This document shows positions 58,611 to 64,000 of a DNA stretch of 64,000 bases, piece by piece; positions within the stretch are counted from its first letter, which is position 1, and each line of letters begins with the position of its first letter. This DNA comes from a virus. Location of the stretch: positions 32,001 through 96,000 of the IMG/VR virus record IMGVR_UViG_3300046328_000321. The stretch is one strand, 5' to 3'. The notes below the pieces were generated by a model that was not told the origin of the DNA, did not search any database, and saw nothing but the letters and a program-made list of their open reading frames with translations. The position numbers and the translations under genes were made by a program.

Positions 58611-61079
58611 ACTGAAACTTCAATATGTGGGTATACAAGGACTTAATTCTTACTGTATGCATAATTCATCATCACGAGCTGTGATGTTTTCTTCTCACAT
58701 TGGACAACGTCTGGTAATTGAAGGAGCTCAACAGAAACTTGTACAAACTGGGCTTGAACAAGAATTTGGTAAATATACGTTCAATGTCAAGATGCCTGAG
58801 AATGGTCGTATTGTTGCTATCTTAGACAGGTATCCTCGTGGTGTAGGTAGTAAATCTCTTAATTTCAATCCAGAGACCTATGTCTTCTTTGAACGTGAAG
58901 ACAACAAGCAAGTAGATTATATTCTCATCCCGTACAAAGCTCAGTTCCATCAGAATTTTGGTTTTAAGTACAAGATGAATAAGAAAAATATCGGAAAGCT
59001 TCAGCCAGGTGCTTATATTGCAAAAGATACTATTTTTGCAGACAGTCCTGCTGTTTCTGACAATGGTAATTTCATGTTTGGTATCAATGCCAACATTGCC
59101 CTGATGTCCATTCCCTCAGTGGCTGAAGATGGCATTATGATCTCCAGAGACTTTCTACCTAAGTTAAAGTTCAAGATTTATGATACTCGACAAGTCAACT
59201 TTGGATCTAAACAATTTCCATTGAACCTTTATGGTACTTTGGATGAAGTAAAACCATTTCCTGAGATCGGAGATAAGATTCGAGAAGATGGTATTTTGAT
59301 GGCTTTTAGAGACTTTAACACAGCTCTGTCTCCTGTTGAAATGTCTAAGATGGATTTAATGGAAGTAGATCACACTTTTGATGAATGTGTATATGTACGA
59401 GGTGGTGTGGGTACTGTGGTTGACATTAAGATTACCAGAAACAACTCACCTATTAAGAACATGCCTGTGGAAATGTCATGTTATCTGAACCGTTACTGGG
59501 AAGCCAATCAAGCTTTTTATAAGAAAGTTATTGATTTAGAAGCCGGTCTGCGTAAAGATAACCGAATGAAATTTGGAACCACTGATATTTTAACAACATC
59601 AAAGTTTGATAAATTAGTTTATGAGGCTATGGTGCATACTAACCATAACTTCAATCAGTTTAAACAACCTCTTCAACTCCAATCACGTAAGTCTACTGTA
59701 GACGAATACCAGATACAATTTACTATTGAATACACCATTGAACCCTGTGAAGGATTCAAATTGACTGATAATCACGGTTTTTACTAGCCGCTTTTGACAG
59801 AGATGTCAATCGATCATTTTCCTAATTGCGGGGAACCACCTAAAGCTTCATTGACCAACTTAGTTACGAAAGTAAGTTAAGGGCTACGCTAACTACGTAG
59901 GTATGGTAAAACTAATGAAGATATATGGGCAATCCGCACCGAAGCTCCTAACTAAGTATATTAACATATACTTACATGGAGTGTGGCCAACGACTATCCC
60001 GTAAGGGAGTAGGCTCATGAGAGTCGAAATGGAAAGCGTCCTACTGTTGAACAGAGGATGAAGATATAGTCTGTTCCTACATGAAAGTGTGGGTGGGTGT
60101 CACAGCACACCGGGTGAAGAATCGAAAGACGGCTTCACTGGACAAAAAGGGAAAAGGTGTTATTTGTAAAGTAGAAGAACCTGAGAACATGCCTGTCGAT
60201 GAAAATGGCAACCGTGCCGACATCGTCATGGATGCAGCTTCTACTATCTCACGTATGAACTTAGGCAGGCTTTACGAGCAACACATGGCATCTGCCTTGC
60301 GCGACGTTACTCAAAATGTTCGCATGTTGTTTGGATTTGAACGATTGAAACCAACATCCATTAAAGCTGAGAATTTGCTAGACAGTTTTCCAATTCAAAA
60401 GATCGAAGAAGCTCATCAGTACGTGTTAGGTTTCTATAACCTTATTTCAGAAAAGCAATATAACTTTTATTCTAAACTGACAGATCCTAAGCAAATTGCC
60501 GAGCATATCTGTGATATCATATCCGATCACGTTTATGCATATATTCCTATTGATAAACAGATCAGTAGTAAAGATATCGTGAAACGCATCGAGAATTCCA
60601 TATACAAACCCGTTTATGGAAAAATTACCTATCGAGGTAATTCTGGTGAGGTCGTGCTTACTGAACGAAATGTGCGCATTGCTCCTTTATACATGATGTT
60701 ATTGGAAAAAATCGCTGATGATTGGACAGCTGTAGCCACTGGTAATCTTCAGCTACATGGTTTACTGGCTCAGGTCAACAGACGTGAAAAGCATTCAAGA
60801 CCTCATAGGAACACTCCTGTTCGCACCATCGGTGAAACAGAGGGACGTTTATTTGTAGGTTATTGTGGAAGAGAAGCGGTCGCTGAGATGTTGGATCGTT
60901 CAGGTAATCCTCTTGTACAAAGACACATGACTAGGAACATTCTTGAAGCCAATCGTCCAACAAATATCAATGAGATTGTAGATCGTAACTTGGTTAACTA
61001 CGGTAATACCAAGTCTGTACAGATCATCAACCATATGTTTACTTGTATGGGTTTTAAAACCAAATACGTTCCAGAATGA
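58597..61079 (+). CDS. rpoB: nvRNAP beta subunit (phiKZ gp71-73-like), exons 58597-59778 and 60150-61079; 703 aa spliced
   Basis: NSSSRAVM, AEDG, spliced GFKLTDNHG-GKGVI, SRMNLGRLYE, GETE. Confidence 0.92.
59779..60149 (+). ncRNA. Group I intron 5 (371 nt, no ORF)
   Basis: P1 cggu/gccg; P aattgcggggaa, Q aatccgcacc, R ccaacgacta, S aagatatagtct; terminal G. Confidence 0.92.
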
Positions 61080-61086
61080 GAACATC

Positions 61087-63093
61087 ATGATAAATGCAAG
61101 AGAAATTTGTAATAAACCAGTAGAAGAGTTGGTCCATCTTCCTATCAAATTCAATCTGGTTTTTGAAGATGGGTCAACTGTAGCAAGTAGTCGTAATAAG
61201 ACTATTTATAATTGGTATTTCTGGCAGATCCATCGATCTTATCCAGGATTACCTTTGACATCTCGTCACTGTGTGGAGAGTATACTTAAAGGGCAACCTT
61301 TGAGTTCGGATACACATATAGAATTACTTAGTAAAATAGCCGAGGACACTGTCTGGCATTTCAAACTGAGTAATCCTGCCGATCGTGAAGTCCTTAACAA
61401 ACTGATTTATCAAATTACCAACAACATCCATGATAAGGTAACATGTACAGCTGAGGCTTCTGTATCATCCATTGACATTCTTGATTTCATTGAGGTAGTA
61501 GATCACCCAATGGTCAAACAAATCAATGATTCCACACAACCTCATAATGATTCAATTGTTGACAGCTATAATAAAATTTTAACTATTATTAAAAATAATG
61601 ATGAACTGGCTAATAACAATTTGGCTAGAGCTGTACGATCAAAGATGGTAAATGCCAACCAGGTGACACAATGTGTTGCTGTGCGTGGATTCATGACTGA
61701 AGTAGATGGTAAGATTCTTCCTACTCCTATTATGAGTAATTTCACAGAAGGTTTTACTCGATTACACGATTATGTCGCTGAGTCAAGATCAGCTGCTAAG
61801 AGCCATTATTTCTCTGAGTCCCCTCTGGAAGATGCTGAGTATTTTGCTCGACGGCTTCAACTATTGTGTATGACTGTAGAACGACTGACTTATACAGACT
61901 GCGGAAGTAACGAGTACATGGAGTGGTTGGTTCTTCCTCCTACTAAAGATGAAAACGGAGCAACTGTTTATCAGGGTGATTTAGCTTATATGGCTGGTAA
62001 ATATTACCTAGACGAAACATCAGGATCTTTAAAAATGATTCGTGGGGATGATCCGTCACTTCATGGTAAAATTCTAAAAATTCGGTCTGTATTAGGTTGT
62101 AGGGAATCTGATAAACATGCAGTTTGTGCCGTGTGTTTTGGTGGTTTATCCTTTAATTTGTCAGCATACACAAACTTAGGTCATATTTGTGCAGCTACGA
62201 TGACTCAACAGACTTCTCAATCTGTGTTGTCAAACAAACATTATCAGGCAAGTTCGGTTTCTCCAACGATCAATTTATCTGAAAACACAGGTAGATTTTT
62301 CACACTTACCAAGGAGAAAACAGGTTACATTATGGATGGTAAGTATAGAAAATTGAAACCAACAATTACGATCAGCCGCGAGTCACTTCCAGGACTTGTA
62401 GATTTACACATTGCTCAAGATGTAACAAAGATTAATCCTACACGGGTATCTGCCATCACAACCATTGATATTTGCATCACGGATACTAAAGGTAAGCAAT
62501 TGGTAGATACAGTTGATTTGTCACAAGGTAATCGTGGGGCTAATTTATCACAAGAGTTCTTGTACTATCTCAAGGACAATGGATGGCAGACTGATGCAAG
62601 AGCTAATTTTGTGTTAGATTTGGCTAAGTGGAACTTTAGTCTTCCATTGTTTAAGATGCCTGACATCGAATATTCGTTCTCAGATCACTCTAAACAAGTG
62701 GCGGAGATCATCGAATCTAAATTGGAGAACTTAAACGATCGTCAAACTCCAGAGTCAGCGGTTTATACACTGCAACAGCTATTCATGTTGGTCAATGCTA
62801 AGCTCAATGTAAATATAGCGTGTTTGGAAGTAATCATCTACGCAAGTATGGTGAGTAAAGCAGGTACTTATGGTTTGTCTCGTGGATCTGCTGAGGCTGT
62901 GATGTCAATCGCTGCTCGCGTTATGAAGAACCGCAGTCTATCTGTGGCATTTGCCTATCAAGGCCAACAAGATGTCATTCTAAATCCGTCAAGCTATTAC
63001 AAGCTGGACAGACCAGATAGTCCGTTTGATGTGTTCGTAATGCCTCATGAGGTACTCGAAGCAGAGAAACAGCGTAGAATGATGTCAGTCTGA
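61087..63093 (+). CDS. nvRNAP beta-prime C-terminal subunit (phiKZ gp74-like)
   Basis: ESRSAAKS, EYFARRLQL, DCGS, C....VCAVCFG, QQTSQSVLSNKH trigger-loop region. Confidence 0.88.
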   Translation: MINAREICNKPVEELVHLPIKFNLVFEDGSTVASSRNKTIYNWYFWQIHRSYPGLPLTSRHCVESILKGQPLSSDTHIELLSKIAEDTVWHFKLSNPADREVLNKLIYQITNNIHDKVTCTAEASVSSIDILDFIEVVDHPMVKQINDSTQPHNDSIVDSYNKILTIIKNNDELANNNLARAVRSKMVNANQVTQCVAVRGFMTEVDGKILPTPIMSNFTEGFTRLHDYVAESRSAAKSHYFSESPLEDAEYFARRLQLLCMTVERLTYTDCGSNEYMEWLVLPPTKDENGATVYQGDLAYMAGKYYLDETSGSLKMIRGDDPSLHGKILKIRSVLGCRESDKHAVCAVCFGGLSFNLSAYTNLGHICAATMTQQTSQSVLSNKHYQASSVSPTINLSENTGRFFTLTKEKTGYIMDGKYRKLKPTITISRESLPGLVDLHIAQDVTKINPTRVSAITTIDICITDTKGKQLVDTVDLSQGNRGANLSQEFLYYLKDNGWQTDARANFVLDLAKWNFSLPLFKMPDIEYSFSDHSKQVAEIIESKLENLNDRQTPESAVYTLQQLFMLVNAKLNVNIACLEVIIYASMVSKAGTYGLSRGSAEAVMSIAARVMKNRSLSVAFAYQGQQDVILNPSSYYKLDRPDSPFDVFVMPHEVLEAEKQRRMMSV

Positions 63094-63138
63094 GGACATA
63101 GAAAAAGTCTACATATGTAGACTTTTTCTTTTACCATC

Positions 63139-64000
63139 ATGGAAATAAATGTAGATAAACACTTTCACCTGGTTAAATACACACATTCATTTAGTGTCTC
63201 TTTACCATCACCCAGAACTGTAGCCATGTTGCTTAAGTTCTGTATTAAATTTGTTCAAGTTAATTATGTTAACGTAGGTAATCGACAAAATGTGATTCAA
63301 AAAACCTACGCATGGAAAAATAAGTCCAGTACAGAGTTTCGATTTCACATAGCTCAATATGCAGATTTCCAAAAGATTTTAGCATATGATCATTTTGACG
63401 ACAGTATGTACACCATTGCAGAAGCTGAACCCTATGAAGCTGTAAAGTGTGACATTAAGTTAAACCCAGGTTGGGAATTGAGAGACTATCAAAAAGAAGT
63501 AGTCGATTTCTGTTCCAATAAGTATGAAGGTGATTTTAACAGTAGATTGGTGTCTTTACCAACAGGTACAGGTAAAGGTATAAGTTCATTAGCGACAGCC
63601 GCTAATTTAGGTGAACGAGTTTTTGTTCTCGTATTACCTAAGTATATTGAGAAATGGGCAGAAGAGATCACTTCAGTTTTAAATGTCAAACCTAAAGAAG
63701 TGATGACGGTACAAGGTGGGGATCAGCTAAAAGGATTAATTTCTTTGGCTTCAGATGGACAGCTCACTAGTAAATTCGTCATTTGTAGTTTGACCACATT
63801 CATGTACTATATAGATGCTTATTCACAATCTGTAGATGAGTTTGCTGCAAGTGGTTATGAATGTAAACCTTGTGATTTTGCCAAAATCATTAAAGCCGGT
63901 ACGATGATCGTGGATGAGGGACATCAACATTTCCATGCCGTATTCAAAGCCCTTACTCACATGCACATCAATAATCTGGTGTTTCTGACGGCCACTTTGG
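63139..64000 (+). CDS. SF2 DExH helicase (phiKZ gp75-like), truncated by the window end
   Basis: LRDYQ, LPTGTGKG, IVDEGH, LTAT; open to the end; absent from the ORF track. Confidence 0.85.
   Translation, partial: MEINVDKHFHLVKYTHSFSVSLPSPRTVAMLLKFCIKFVQVNYVNVGNRQNVIQKTYAWKNKSSTEFRFHIAQYADFQKILAYDHFDDSMYTIAEAEPYEAVKCDIKLNPGWELRDYQKEVVDFCSNKYEGDFNSRLVSLPTGTGKGISSLATAANLGERVFVLVLPKYIEKWAEEITSVLNVKPKEVMTVQGGDQLKGLISLASDGQLTSKFVICSLTTFMYYIDAYSQSVDEFAASGYECKPCDFAKIIKAGTMIVDEGHQHFHAVFKALTHMHINNLVFLTATL

Noticed and set aside
60081-60149. N-terminal 23 codons of ORF 60081-61079
   Set aside because: Intron 5 tail sequence; the real exon starts at 60150

Overview
AT-rich fragment of a nucleus-forming phiKZ-like jumbo phage (Chimalliviridae-type). 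Core genes recognised from motifs plus gene order: large terminase, PhuZ tubulin, family-B DNA polymerase subunit, chimallin, non-virion RNA polymerase (nvRNAP) subunits, SbcD-like nuclease and an SF2 helicase. Accessory genes include dcd, tmk, tilS, a DHH phosphoesterase, a Tad1-like sponge, an orphan antitoxin and a TasA-like Nop-domain protein. The most notable signals are at the RNA and cassette level. (1) Four tandem ORF-less group I introns cut the RNAP beta-prime gene so that the catalytic NADFDGD motif is assembled from 12-nt and 9-nt micro-exons; a fifth, mosaic intron lies in the beta subunit. (2) A type I hammerhead ribozyme heads a stand-alone ~320-nt structured ncRNA with its own promoter and terminator. 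(3) The tRNA cluster has a tRNA-Leu intron at a non-canonical site and two tRNAs split by HNH genes. (4) A dispersed family of promoter-RBS-cargo-terminator cassettes carries shuffled 23-aa HRxDGPA repeat proteins or unrelated micropeptides. Protein calls come from motif recognition and recalled phiKZ gene order; no database search was run.
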